Assembly: GCA_951406725.2 (NCBI GenBank)
Contig: OX597823.1
Span: 76,632,001 to 76,696,000, forward strand
From: Octopus vulgaris
Taxonomy: Eukaryota
Direction: 5' to 3'
DNA: 64,000 nucleotides
Below the pieces are notes generated by a model. The model was not told the DNA's origin and searched no databases. It saw nothing but the letters and a program-made list of their open reading frames with translations. Shown piece after piece: positions 13,330 to 27,227 of the stretch. Position numbers and translations under genes: made by a program. Every line of letters starts with the position of its first letter. Position 1 is the first letter of the stretch.

Positions 13330-16300
13330 TTAAATTTTAATTTTATGTCTTTTTAAAGTAATTGGCAGTTCATGTACGACATCACTCAAAACATTTTAAA
13401 TATCATTTTACATTTACAGTATGTTCAAATGGTTCTGCATTTTTTGAAATCAGTCTTGATAAACTATCCACATGACCTAATTTCTTCGTTGGTATAGACT
13501 CCATCTTGAAATCATAGTTTAATAATATCGTAGCTAAACGTTGTGACATTCTAGTAGTATAGGGTTGAAGTCCTTTTTTCGACCAAAATATTGATAATAA
13601 TGGACGATGATCAGTCTACAGACGAAAACTTCTACCATGTAAAAATCTGTCAAATCTTTCATGACAAAAATAATCGCTAATTCCTCTTTTTCGATTAGAC
13701 TATAATTTTTCTCTGCTGAGATCAGAGAATGTGAGGCATGAACCATCACCTCCATAGTCATCTTTATATTTATGCAACATCACTGCTCTTACACTGCACT
13801 CGGAAGCATCTGAAGCTACAATAATCTTTGCTGCAGGATCGAAGTATGTTAACGATAAATCAGATGTTAGTATTTTTTTAATAGTTTGTAAAACGCCTTT
13901 TGACAATTTCCCGACCAATTCCATTTCATATCTTTTTTGGTATATTATTCAGTACAACCTTCATCTTGTGCTTATTTGGAATATAATTTTGGTAATACTT
14001 TGCCACTCCTAAAAATGGTTGTCGAAAGGGGCATATTTCTAATTGGGTTTGGTCGACATCCATTTCTGTCAGCGATTTGCCCTAAATATCTTGTTTTCGG
14101 TTAGAAAAATCCATACTTTTCTTCGCTCAAGGTAAAGACGTAATCCCTAATTTTTCAAACACATATTTTACATGCTCTGCGTGTTGATCCCTGGATTCGC
14201 TTTTAATGAGTAGTTCATCCAGATATGGAATTACGAATTCACTGTCTGCTAACATTGCATCTATAATCTGTTGAAAAATCACTGGTCCGACTTTTAAGCC
14301 AAATGGTAACCTGTTGCATTTATACAGTCCTTTATGTGAGTTGATTGTTTGGTAATTATAGCATTCATCACCTGCTTTAATTTGTAGGTACGCGTCAGAC
14401 AGATCCAATTTAGAAAATATCTTGTCACCGTTTAATTTCGCAAACATATCCTCCGGAGTAGGGAGCAGATAGTGGCACATTTTAAGACATTCGTTTAAAC
14501 CCTTGGAAAAAATCAGCACACACTCTGATTTTATTATTCTTTTTCTTAGTGTACACGGTTGGTGATACCCATTGACTATATTCCACTTTTTCTAGTTTCT
14601 CTAATTTTAAGTTCACCTGTTTTAATGCTGCGAACGATACAGTTTGTTTTTGTTTAGATACTGTTATGGTATTTTCTTTTATTTGAAAGTGCGCCTTCGT
14701 TTTGGTACACAGACCTAATTTATCAGACATATTTAGGTAAAATATTTAAAATTGTTTTTTTTTTTTTTTTCAATTCGTAAGATGACTTATTTGTAGTGGA
14801 AGGAAAACTATTCACATTCCTACAGAAAAGATTTATGAGGTCCCATAAGTTAAATAATTCCATCCAGTCAGTTCCAAATAAATTTGTAATATTGTTGAAC
14901 ACAACAACTTTGATATTCTAGATTTTTCCACGAAATGTAACATCACTTATTTTTCACGAAATGTATTGTTACTTATCAATTCGCCCTTAAAATATAATTC
15001 TTTTCCTGAAACACCATGAGCAATTTTCGAAGTTTCCTTTTTTCCATGTATCTGTATTAATTATTGAGTTGTCGCTGCCTGTATCCAATGGTAACTTTGC
15101 ATTTGTGTTATTAATTTTTACATGCACAAATTTTCTTTAGGGCTCGTTTGTATTTTTTGTCACCAATAATCCGTTTACATGACTTTTTTTTCTGTTAAAC
15201 CATCTTTTAGGTTTTGTCCTACAGTACGACTTTTTATGGCCCATTTCACTACACATGAAATATTTTATATTTTTAAGCGGACAGTGACTTTCAAAATGTA
15301 GACCACCGCACTCATAACATGGATTCGGTCTTGACGTCTTTTTCTCTTTTGTCTTATTCGATATTGGTTGACAAACTTCAACATGAAAGCAATACTTTTC
15401 TTCAGTTTCTTTTGCATCTTGTCTTAGATTAATAATCCTCTGACATTCTTCTGCTACTGTTTGCAGAGATAAATTTTGATCCTGTTCTAATTCTGTTAAT
15501 ATCAAGGAAATTATGACTGCATCTTTCCCGTAAGACCTTGAACAAAAATTAAATACTTGAACATGTCCGGGGTCAGCTCATTCAATTTGAATTTCTCACA
15601 CTCTTTGTTAACCACTCCAGTATAGATGACGAAATCTTCATTATGTTTTTGACCAAATTCAAACATTGCCAACGAGTATTGAACAGGGAACTTTTCACTG
15701 AAAATTTTCTATGACATATTGTTTCATCGAAACAAATCTCTCCTGGCTTCTTCGGTAGAATATAGTTACTATATTTTTTTTGTTCGGCAGGAGATTACTT
15801 TCTTAAAAGTAGTCGTACTTTTTCTCGTAGCACCAACTTTTACTCTCTCGTTTGAAGATTTTTCGTATCTACAAAAATAGGCAACGAAGGTAATCCCTTC
15901 TGGATTATAACTGATTCATTTCTTCTGGATTATAGCTGAATTCTTCAACTGAGTTTGCTATGCTGTCTGGTGAGTACAAACCTCATTAATACAAGCAACA
16001 GCTGGTTTTGTTGTTGTTGCTGTTGTAGTTGCTACTGTAACTGCTGTTGTTATTTTTAAGCAACAAGACGGGTAAGGGTGATTAGGTGATGGTCTAGGGC
16101 TTAGGGGCGGGAGGCCCCAGACCTTGGGGGGAAAAAAACTTTGGTCGTTTTGTTGTAGTCGAGGACTCTTCGTTGACACCCGACACCACTGTGAGGTGGC
16201 CTTCGAAGTCACTGGAAATGGAGATCTCCAGGTCCAAATTCTTGAACGGCTGCTGTTGCAACAGCACCACGGAGACCAAAAGTCACCATGCTAAATGAGT

Positions 16301-16490
16301 TTTTCTTTGGTCTCGTTCCAAAAAGAAAAATTATACGTCCAACACAAGCTTCGAACAACTCACCACCACTTTCATATCCTTGCATGTTGGATGTATAATA
16401 TAGTGAAGGTGGGGGGAAAGAAAGTATTTACACGACGCACTACTATTAATATTACACAAAACTCAATGCTCTGACACGGCTCACAGTGAA
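13330..16490 (-). mobile_element. Decayed Ty3/Gypsy LTR retrotransposon (copy B): LTR end, gag with zinc knuckles, protease, RT, RNase H
   Basis: CYECGGLHFESHC knuckle; DTGSD protease motif near 15075-15090; RT SKLDLSDAYLQ, RLPFG, YLDE; RNase H ASDAS, YSLIEKE; 16290-16490 is homologous to the LTR/PBS region of copy A. Confidence 0.85.
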
Positions 16491-16708
16491 TTAATTTCTT
16501 TATTACCCACTAGGGGCGACACAGTAAACATACAATCACGAATGATGAAACAATTATGAACTTTTGGGGCCAGTTAAAAATCGGAATAAACAATAAAAAT
16601 CGAATGATTACACAAAGACAAATTTACAAAATTACAAAATGCAGTGGGGCGGGTCCGCGACCCCATGCTCCCCGCCACGACACTTAGCCTTGTGATTTCT
16701 TTTGCGTC

Positions 16709-19700
16709 CTATCTCGCATTTGTGAGGGACCTTTTACTCGCCACATTTTTCCATCTTTCATCAAACACTTTCTTACTCGGGCTCCTTCTCTCCAGTTCTA
16801 TATGTCTTTTCAGGTGAAATTTAAAATATTCCACCAGACCTGAACCAGAGATGAAGTCGCCTGTTATTATCCCTTTCATCTTTGTCTTCCATACTGCCTG
16901 TTTCGCAGTTGAAACCACAGAGAGAAAACAGTTCTTACCTTCTTTCGTTAAGAAATCAGGTGGGCTGATTTTTACAATGGATTCGGCTGATAGCTGTACT
17001 CTTCCTCCACTTGACATCAGTTGTTCGGCAAAAACCCACATGTCTGCCAACCCCGGGCACTGTACGATCGCGTGCGAGACGGTTTCCCTATCTCGCACAG
17101 GTCGGGCTGACTGAGGCTCCTTCCCTTGCAAGTTTGTCTCGAACAGGTAAGGCTCCTCGGTAACACTGCCAAGCCAAAGACTTCTGGAAATTATCCAGTG
17201 CCTTCGGCCCGAATGTACGTCGGAACAGACTGGCCAGCTGATTATCGTCGAAACCTAGGGTTTCCCCTAGCGTAACATCGTTGCCGGACTCTACCAACCC
17301 TGTATAAAACACAGCGGTAGAACCACTGCCGCAGGCATTGCCCGAGCGACGGAATAGTCGGAGTGCCTTACGACACTCCGTGTACTATGTACACAACTTC
17401 GATCTACGATTGTACCAGTCTTCCCGTCCACCGAAACTGGTGAACCTGGGAAACATCTGCTTCGCCAGCGGAGACCACACCTGTTCACTACCCAGATGGA
17501 GCCACAGGTGCCTTAGCCTCAGCGCATCTCTGCGCTTCATTAGCCACGGCATCCCTAGTCCACCCTTTAACGGTTTTTGACTACAAACAGAGCGTCTCAC
17601 AAGTGGTTTCGAGCCCTTCCACAAGAAGCGAAAGAGCTGTCTTTCCAACCTGGTCAACCACGAATCCGGGCAAGGCAAGACGGTAAGTGATCACCGATGC
17701 GATAAACACATTGGCTACCTCCGCCCTACCTTTCAGGGATAGCCACCGCCAGGACCAGGTCCTGACTTCTGCGGCCACCCTGCTCGATACCTCGCTCCAG
17801 TTCTTCTCTATTTGGAGGTCTGGCCCAAACCAGACCCCGAGCAACTTAATCGGGCCCTCCGTCCAACGTCCCACGACGCTGTCTGGAGGCATCGACTTGC
17901 CTCTCCAGGTGTCGAGTTGCAAGCCGACTGACTTTTCGCGATTAACTTTTGCTCCTGTCACCGTCTCGTACACCTCTATGGCCTTGCCTACTTTACGTAG
18001 GAGATCCATTTCGGTCACGATGATAGTGATGTCATCTGCGTACGCCGAAACCGACATTCCACGACCTGGCTGCCTCGGGATGCCACTCAGTTTTCGCAGC
18101 AGCGGCTCAAGAGCCACTACATACAAAAGCGGGGAGAGCGGACATCCCTGACGGACCAAGCGTTTGACCTTGAACGGCTTAGAAAGAAAGCCGTTCACCC
18201 GAACTACCGAGTCGACGTTGTCGTACATTTCTATGATCCACCTGAGGAAGCCAAGACCCAGGCCGAGCTGCGCCAGAACGGACACCAGGTAATGATGGTC
18301 GACCCTATCGAAGGCTTTTGACTGGTCTAAATGGACCACTGCCCCTCCCTTGCCGGGATCTTTATCCATTCCCTCTATTGTGTATCTGATCAGATGGAGA
18401 TTATACTGAATGGTTCTGCCCGGTACGGCGCACGTCTGCGCTTTCCCGATCAGTCCATTCGCGACACGCGCCAATCTGTTCGGTAACACTTTGGCCAGAA
18501 TCTTCAACTCTGCGTTATGCAGAGTTATGGGCCTAAAATTATCAATGACGTCCCCCTTGCTCTAGTCCTTCCTGATTAGTGTCACAACTCCCCGGCGCAC
18601 AGATTTGGGTATAAACCCATTCTGCTGCCAGTTTGCGTAGGCGTTCGTCAGTAAGTCCCCGAACAAGTCCGGCATACTTTTATAAAGCTCGTAGGGCTGA
18701 CCATCCAGTCCCGGTGCCTTACCGCACCGCAGTCTGCCATGGCCTCTATTACCTCCTCAGGCGTGATCGGCTTCTCACTACACTCCGCGTCCCGCCCCGA
18801 GAGACGCGGCAGACCGTCGAGGAGGTCCGTGAGGTCCCTCCTACTATCCCCCCCTCCTCAAAGAGCTGGGCGAAGTGGTCCTGAAAAGCTTGACACATCT
18901 CCTCGGGCTCGTCTGTCAACTTACCCTGTTGGTTCGTCAGAGATCGAATTGTGGCATTGTTGCCACGTTGGGTTTCCACCACTCAGGCCCATCTCGCGGC
19001 ATTAATTCCTTCGCTCCCCGTTGTACGTTGTCTAGCCCTGACAATGCAACCCATGTGTTTGGCTTCGAGGTGCTGGTTTAAAACCAGTCTCTTGGCCTTC
19101 ACCTGAGCCGCGTTGCCAGTTCGCATTGCTTCCTCTAAGTCCTTAATTAAAGTAGTTTCTTTTCTAGCCTCTCTAGCTACAAGATCTGTACTATACCAAA
19201 TGGACTCATATTTTATGGCTCGCTTGAGGTCATACCACCACTTGTTTATAATGGAGCCGGTCATGGCCCTCTGAATCATTAACCTAATCCTTTCACTGTA
19301 CTCCTTAATCGCCAAAAGGGACGTATTAAGTTTCCAGTAACCAGGACCTCTATCTTATCTACGTCTAGCTTACAGGTGACCATCTTGTGGTCACTGTAGT
19401 TGACGATGTGGAGCTGTGGACTCTTAACTAGGTTTCTATCTACCTTCCTAATTAAAATCCTATCTATATATGACCTTGACGATCCGTCGCTGTTTGACCA
19501 TGTCCACGATGGAGCGTCCGGATGTTCCAGTCTATATGGATCTACCAGCTCAAAACGTCTTAGTAGATCCAGGAAACCAGCGTTTCCTTTCCTATTCGTT
19601 TGCGAGCCTTCACAGTCTACCCGCACATCGCAGATTGTGTTGAAGTCCCCTAACATTACTAAAGGGCACGATGTACGCAGGAACCTCTCCAGATTCCGAA

Positions 19701-20067
19701 AATAATCACTTGTCCCCTTCTTGCTGGGTGCGTAAACCGCAACCAGTCTGATTGTCTTACAACTACTGAACGTCAAATCGACGACGACCAGCCTACCTTC
19801 TGGATCTGCAAAAATCAACTTTTTCCCAGAAACCCGGTTCTTTTTAACCAGGACCAACACCCCGCTTCCGCCTCCCGCCGGGTTCGGAGAGATAATTCCC
19901 TCGTAGCCGTCGAACAACGGGAGCAGATCTCTTGGCCCCTTTAACCGGGTTTCTGTGGCAACAACAACATCTAAATCCCGTGACCTGATGTCATTTAGGA
20001 GGCGCCCTTGCTTCCAGCTCGTCATCAGGCCACGCACATTTAAACACCCGACACAAATGTGAGACAT
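16709..20067 (-). pseudogene. E1 ORF2 (APE endonuclease/RT), multiple frameshifts and stops
   Basis: At least seven fragments carrying LNVRGL, ATET, GDFN, SDH, LDQSKAFDRV, QGCPLSP, YADD. Confidence 0.9.
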
Positions 20068-20078
20068 TACTTACCTTA

Positions 20079-21653
20079 TCAGTTTTTTCCTGCTCTGGTG
20101 GTCGTGAGGGGGAAGTCCGCTTTAAATAAGGACTGGTGTAAGTCGAGTCGCGGACCCTTAATGTCCCCCGGGTACTCCTCTCTTATTATATTATAGTTCA
20201 TTCTGTCAATCTTGAAAACCTCGACATTCTTGGGCAGTACCCTATGTGTGTTGATCTTGTGTGCCATTGGGACATTGTCCAGATATTTAGTGAGTCTGTC
20301 GTTTGCATTGTTTATAGAAATGTATACTGTCTCGAACTCTATTATTTTTTCCCCTTTTTGGGGGCTTTGTGGTGGTGATGGGGAGGAGATTGAGGAGTTT
20401 GGGAGGGAGGGAGTTTCTCGGGACTGGGGAGTGGGTTGGGCTGGGGGGTCTTCTCTTTTTTCTCTTTTTGTGGGGGTGGGGTAGATTCCCCCCTGTATGT
20501 TTGATTTCTTTTTGTGTGTGTCTGGGTTGGGTGGGTTAGTATCAATGTTTTTCCTCTTTGGGTTTTTCTTTGGCCTCACCGTTGTGTAGGCATTTTCGTC
20601 CTCCTTTGGCTTTTCTTCCTCCATCTTCTCCTCTTCTTCTGTCGTTTTTTCTTCTTCCACTTTTTTCCGGGTAGGGCATTCCATACGAATGTGTCCCTTT
20701 TCGCCACATTCGTAGCATCGAGGCTTTCGCCCTTCCACTACCACCCGCAAGTTGATTTCCTCGTCGAATTGGATGTTTTCTGGGACTTCTTCCATCGTTT
20801 CTGGGGTTGCCTGTATTATTACATGCAGAGTCTGGCCTCTCCAATTTTCTCTTTTTATCTTCGTGATATTAACCACTCTTATCTTCTCCAGCCCCATTAT
20901 TAATGCTGGGAGCAACCACTTCACCTCAATTTCTGGTGGTATGTCCTCGACCCTTATTTTGGCTGTTCTCCTCCCCAAATAAGAGGGTAGTAGAATTACC
21001 TCGCTTGTTTTGATTGGGGTCAAGGAATGTTTCTTTGCCATTTCCTCGTCTCTAAAGTACACCTCGATAGTGGCGTACTTTTTCCCCCAAGTTACATAAT
21101 CTACGTCGTTCCATACCGACTGCAGACACTTCTCTGCTTGGTCCTTTGATATTTTCTCGATTTTTTTCTCTTTTGTTAAGTAAGACTTGTAAATTACGAC
21201 TCTTTTTAGCGTTTCTTCTCTTATTATTTGTGGGAGGGTTGCTTTCACATTGTTCCCCTCCTTTGTGAACATTTTCTTACAGTTCTCATAATCTACTTCC
21301 TCCATCTTGATCTCTTCCATTTTCCTTCCTGCAGCAGCTGCGAAATTGTATGTCTTCTCTTTTCCTTTGGAAGACGAACCTTCAATTCCTTTGGTTGCTC
21401 CATCAGAAGGTGAACTTTCAGCAACTTTACCTGTTTTTATACTTTTTTCCGCTTCAGCAACATTAGCTGTTTTTCCAGCAGGCGAACATTCGTCAGCTTC
21501 AGCTTTTCCCGCAGGCAAAACTTCGGCATCTTTAGTTTTTTCATCAGGCGAGCCTTCGACAATTTTCAATTTGGTAGACGAATCTACTACATTTTCTTTT
21601 GAGGGTAAACCTCCGTTGGACATTTTTTCAGCTGAAAAAATGTTTTTGTTCAT
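20079..21653 (-). CDS. E1 ORF1 nucleic-acid-binding protein with CCHC knuckle
   Basis: Open 524 aa frame; CYECGEKGHIRMEC; homologous to the ORF1s of E2-E6. Confidence 0.85.
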   Translation of the reverse strand: MNKNIFSAEKMSNGGLPSKENVVDSSTKLKIVEGSPDEKTKDAEVLPAGKAEADECSPAGKTANVAEAEKSIKTGKVAESSPSDGATKGIEGSSSKGKEKTYNFAAAAGRKMEEIKMEEVDYENCKKMFTKEGNNVKATLPQIIREETLKRVVIYKSYLTKEKKIEKISKDQAEKCLQSVWNDVDYVTWGKKYATIEVYFRDEEMAKKHSLTPIKTSEVILLPSYLGRRTAKIRVEDIPPEIEVKWLLPALIMGLEKIRVVNITKIKRENWRGQTLHVIIQATPETMEEVPENIQFDEEINLRVVVEGRKPRCYECGEKGHIRMECPTRKKVEEEKTTEEEEKMEEEKPKEDENAYTTVRPKKNPKRKNIDTNPPNPDTHKKKSNIQGGIYPTPTKREKREDPPAQPTPQSRETPSLPNSSISSPSPPQSPQKGEKIIEFETVYISINNANDRLTKYLDNVPMAHKINTHRVLPKNVEVFKIDRMNYNIIREEYPGDIKGPRLDLHQSLFKADFPLTTTRAGKN

Positions 21654-22166
21654 TTTCCAGAATTGTGTTTTTTTTGTTTTTTTTTAATTGTGTTACAACA
21701 CGCAGTATTTCCCCTCCTTATTGGAGGGGAATAACAAAATTTTCTGGTTCAAAACTAATTAGAGTTCAGTATATCGACAAACAATTCTTAAACAAAACGA
21801 TATTAACAAAATTTGAAACAGTACCTTGACTCACGTACCATACAAAAGTACAAAGAACGTAAACAAGCGGCGGTTCACAAAAAAAACATGATGTATCCAG
21901 GTTTTATTTCTTTATTACCCACAAGGAGCTAACGAAGGCGGGGACAACACATCATGATTTGGGGTCATGATACACGGATGAAATTTACATATAAATGATC
22001 TTTAAAAATATTACATGAAATCGAAGACAAAATCGAGGAAATTCGAATGATACACAAATTTTTACAGCACAACATAAAAACGACACATGAAGTGGGAACA
22101 AGAGAATTGCCGACCCCACGAGCCTTGTTTTTCCCACCGAAACTCGGCAGCCAACTTACAGCGTGT

Positions 22167-25100
22167 TCATGTGGCCCCTTTCACTCGCAGCAATCGTGCC
22201 ACATGTTTCCATCTTTTATCGAACTCACACGCAGACAGACACCTTTTCTCTATCTCCACCTTTCTTTTTAGGTGGAACCTGAAAAAGGTCACCAAGGCGG
22301 AGCCAGAGATCATGGTGCCTGTCTTTACCGCTTTCATTCTGGTCTTCCATATACACTCTTTCGCTACTGCTACTGTACTGAGAAAGCAATGCTTACCTTC
22401 ACTTGTCAAAAAGCTAGGCGAGTCAATTTTTATAATTGTCTCAGCCGATAGCTGTACTCTTCTTCCGTCTGACAACAGGTGTTCCGCATATACCCACACG
22501 TCCGAAACTTCCGGACACTGAACAATAGCGTGCGAGACTGTTTCCAGATCCCGCTCGCATCTTGGACAGTTCGATGATCCACTCCAACCATGCCTTGTGA
22601 GTTTATCCCGAACGGGTAAAGCTCCTCTGAAACATTGCCAGGTCAAAGACTTCTGGAAGTTATCCAATGTCTTCGGCCCGAACGTCCTTCGGAACAGGCT
22701 GTCTAACTGATTTCGATCGAGGCCCAAGGTCCTTCCTAAGGCATCGTCATTTCCGGCCTCTACCAACCTGCTATAGAAAGCTGCGGTGGTACCAAAGCCG
22801 CCGGCATTGCCCGACTTGCGGAAGTGGCAGAGTGCCTTATGGCACTCCGAATACCACATGCTCGATCTAAGTCTACGACGATACCAGGTTTCTCTGCCAC
22901 CGAAACTGACAAAGCTGGGGAACATCTGCCTCGCAAGCGGGGACCACACCCGTTCACCATCCAGGTAGAGCCAAAGATGCCTTAACCTCAGCGCATGTCT
23001 GCGCATCAACAGCCAAGGCATCCCCAAGCCACCCTTTAACGGTTTCTGACAGCAAATAGAAGTCTTACAAGAGAAGTGGTTCCCTTCCACAAAAAGTGGA
23101 AGATCTGCCTCTCCAACTTGCTCAACCACGAATCCGGACAAGGGACGACGGTCAGGCAGTAGGTGATGACCGATGCTAAAACACATTGGCCATCTCCGCC
23201 CTCCCTTTCAAGGATAGCCACCGTCCGGATCAAGTCCCGACCGCGTGAGCCACCTTGCTCGTCACCTCAGACCAGTTCTTTTCTATCTGGAGGTCTGGAC
23301 CAAACCAGATCCCTAGCAGCTTAACCGGGCCCTCCGTCCAGCATCCCACGATGCTATTCGAAGGCATCGACTTGCCCCTCCAGGTGCCGAGTTGCAAGCC
23401 GACCGATTTTTCCCGGTTAATCTTTGCTCCTGTCGCCGTCTCGTAAGCCTTGATGGCATCTCCCACATTACGTAGGAGTTCCACCTCGGTCACGATGATG
23501 ATGTCGTCCGCATACGATGTTACAGATCCTCCACCTCCTGGATTCATCGGGATGGCGCTCAGCTTTCGCAGCAATGGCTCGAGAGCCATCACATACAAAA
23601 TCGGGGAGAGCGGACACTCTTGACGAACAGACCGTCTGATGCGGAACGGCTTCGAAAAGAAGCCATTCACCCGAACGATCGAGTCGATGTTATTGTACAA
23701 TTGTATAATCCACATGAGGAAGCCAACACCCAGACAGAACTGCGCCAGCACGGACACCAGGTACCGATGGTTCACCCTATCAAACGCTTTACTCTGGTCT
23801 AAATGGACCAATGCCCCACCTTTGACAGTCATTCCCAAACCACTCTATCGTGTAGCGTACTAGGTGAAGATTGTCCTGGATTGTTCTTCCGGGGACCGTA
23901 CAAGTTTGTGCCTCCCCGATCAGACCACCCGCGACACGCGTCAACCTTTTCGCTAGCACCTTGGCCAAAATCTTCACCTCTGTGTTTAGCAGTGTGATGG
24001 GCCGAAAGTTGTCTATGCTGTCCCCCTTGCTCGGGTCCTTTCTGATCAGCGTCACCACTCCCCGACGTACAGATCTGGGAATGAACCCATTCTGCCGCCA
24101 GTTCGCGAAAACGCCGGCCAGCACGTTCCCGAACAAGTCTGGCATTCTTTTATATAGCTCGTAAGGTAAGCCATCAATTCCCGGCGCCTTACCTTCACCG
24201 CAGTCGACCAAGGCCTCAGCTAACTCTTCAGGCGAGATCGACGCTTCACAGCTCTCCGCGTCCTGCCCCGAGAGGCGCGGCAACCCGGCGAGGATGTCCG
24301 TAAGGTCCACCTTCTCCTCCGACCCGCCGTCGCCCCCGAAAAGCCGAGCGAAGTGCTCCTGAAACGTCCGACACATCTCCTCTGGTTCGGTAATCACATC
24401 GCCTTGCCCGTTCGTCACAGACTTAATTGTGGAATCGTTTCCACGTCGAGCCTCCACAACTCGTGCCCATCCGGCAGCCCTAATACCCTCGCACCCCATT
24501 GCGCGAATTCTAGCTCTGACGATACAACCCATATGTTGGGCTTCGAGGTGCTGGTTCAACTCCAGTCTCTTCAGCCTAACCTGGGCCCCATCGCCAGCTC
24601 TCATGGCTTCCTCTAAGGCCTTAACTAGCCCCATCTCTTTCTTACGCCCGCTAGTTGCTAGACCTATGCTGTATCTAACGGACTCGTATTTTATGGCTCT
24701 TTTGAGGGCGTACCACCATTTGTTGTTAATAATGGAACCGGTTAACGCCCTCTGCACTAATAACTCGATCCGCTTTCTGTACTCCTCAATAGCCAGGAGG
24801 GACTTATTGAGTTTCCAATAGCCGAATCCCTTACTACATAACTTATCTAGGTTCAGTTCGCCAGTGACCATCTTGTGGTCGCTGTAACTGACCAGGTGAA
24901 ACTGTGGACACTTAACTAGTCCTTTATCTATTTTTCTAATAAAAATTCTGTCTATGTAGGACCTGACAGACCCGTCGCTATTTAACCACGTCCACTGTGG
25001 AGCGTTCGGGACTTCAAGTCTGTAGGGATCTACCAGCTGAAAGCGACTCAGTAGATCCCGGAAGCCAGGGTTTGGTTTTCTATCTTTTGAGACAACGCCA

Positions 25101-25548
25101 TCGACGCGCGCATCGACTATGGCGTTAAAGTCCCCTAGCATGACTATGGATTTTGACGTGCCAAGAAACTTCTCCAGGTCTCGATAAAAATCAGTCTGAC
25201 TCGAATTAGGTGCGTATACTGCTACCAGCCTGATTTCTTTACCACAACTGAACGTCAGATCTAAGACGACCAGCCTACCTTCTGAATCAGAAAAAAATCA
25301 ACTTTTTCTCTGAGACTATCTTTTTTAAGCAGGACCAACACCCCACTCCCACCCCCACCCCGCCGGCCAGGAGAAATAAATTTCTCGTAGCCATCCAGGA
25401 GCGGGAGTAGATATCTTGGCCCTTCGATTCGTGTCTCAGTAGCTACAATTACATCTAAACACTGCGACCTGACATCATTTAGTAAACGGCCTTGTTTCCA
25501 GTTCGATGTCAGGCCGCGCACATTTATGCAGCCAACGTGAACAGCCAT
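22167..25548 (-). pseudogene. E2 ORF2, frameshifted
   Basis: Fragments 23789-25141, 23230-23838 and 22167-23186 align to E5 ORF2. Confidence 0.9.
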
Positions 25549-25555
25549 AGTTCGC

Positions 25556-26790
25556 TTACCTTGTTTCGTCTGGGTCCGGCAGACGGGGGGAACCCGTCTC
25601 TTCTGCCTCTTGGGTCCGTGAAATCGGCGTGCTGATGCTCCTCCTTTCCACATCTTTCAGGGCATCTTCTTTGCTCATTCTGGATGGGCACACATCTTTT
25701 CGGAAGTCGTTCACCAGCGTGTTGAACACTCTCTGTCCCATCACGTAGCACTTTCATTCTCTTTATCGGGTTTCTTGGCTTTTTTCACCTCCCTTTTCTC
25801 TCTACTTTTGTTTTTCTCCGGGGAGGGGTTGTTATGTTTACGTTTTGTAGCTGCAACTTGTGACAACCCCTCCCCTTCTTCTGGTGCAGGTGTTGTCTCC
25901 GTTACTGCTACTTGAGAGCTTGGTTTTATGGGCTCATCTTTTTTCTCCTTCTCTGCCGGCCTACAGTCTTTTTTGATGTGTTCTTTTTTGCCACAGGTTA
26001 AACACCTGGGCTTCCGGCCCTCCACCATTACGGCCATCCGGCTGTCTCCAATTTCAATTATTTCACCTATTTCTTCTAAGACGTCCGGCTCAGCTTGTAT
26101 TGTTATCCTCACCTTCTGCCCCTGCCACTTTTTGGCATCTTCGACAGTGACGTCTCGTATTTCCAATTTCTCCTCTAGTCCTGCGGTGACTCATGCCACT
26201 ATTTGCTCGGGTTCGACTTCTGGCGGAATGTTTGTTATCGTTATTCTGGAGACGCGTCTCCCTCTATAGATAGGGAGAAGGGTTATCGCCTCTGTTCTTA
26301 GGGGAATCAAAAACTGCTCCCTTGCCTCCTCCTCTGTTCCAAATCTGGTTCCTACAGTTCCATATCTTTTTCCCTTGGTTATGAATTTAATCTTTTCCCA
26401 GATGGGTTTCATACACAGCTCTACTTCCTTTTCCGAAGAAAAGTCTATCTTTCTCTCTTTGTTTCGGTACGTTTTGTAAACGATAGACCTTCTTTCTATC
26501 TCTTCACGAGATTCTTGTGTCTGGTGTATTTTTATTTCGTACCCGCTTCTAGATACGGTTTTCTTAACCTCTTCCAGTTTGGACAAATCTATCTTCCTTC
26601 CTTTGGGACTTGCCGCTTCGGCGAAGTTCAACATCTTCTTTGCCAAGCTTGGCACGTCTATATTCCTGCGTACTTTTAATGCTTTTTTGGTTCCCCTACT
26701 TTCTTCTTTGTCGGTATCCGAGGAAAAAAGGGTATACCCACTTTTTCGGGGCTAGACATCCTGCTAACTGGTATTCCTTCTGGGCTGGAC
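25556..26790 (-). pseudogene. E2 ORF1, interrupted
   Basis: Fragments 26191-26655 and 25741-26166 (CLTCGKKEHIKKDC); stop at 26191 and an internal deletion relative to E5. Confidence 0.8.
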
Positions 26791-27227
26791 ATCTCGTCAG
26801 CTGGACTCTTGTTCAGGACCTGGGTTCGGTCCTCAGTACAAATATACTTCGACTAACAATTTGAAAAAAAACTTACTTTTTCTTTTTTTTCCTTTTCAAC
26901 AACCAACAGCTGGTAACAAAACACACCGACAAAAATATTTTCGATCAATAAGTAAACGGCACTACATGGATTCAGTTGGTGAAAGATTTTATTACTACCC
27001 ACAAGGGGCGAACATAGAGGGGACAATACAATCTAATGTGGGGTCACACACGAATGGGTTTTTACAATAAAGCGAATTTAAAAATTAACATGAAATTACA
27101 AAATAGACACAAAATCGAATGATGTAACAGACCGGAAGACATTACAGGTGGAGTGGGTGCGGGTTTAGCTCGGACCCCACGGGCCCCGCCTCCCCACTGA
27201 TACTTTTGGTTGCGCTTGGTATTACAT

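Larger units (their letters stand above)
16494..21905 (-). mobile_element. L1/Tx1-like non-LTR retrotransposon E1 (subfamily I)
   Basis: 5' UTR, ORF1, fragmented ORF2 (APE-RT-zinc finger) and 3' end GTGGGTAATAAAGAAAT. Confidence 0.93.
21906..26985 (-). mobile_element. L1/Tx1-like element E2 (subfamily II, related to E5), decayed
   Basis: ORF1 and ORF2 both interrupted; same 3' terminus; closest to E5. Confidence 0.93.
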
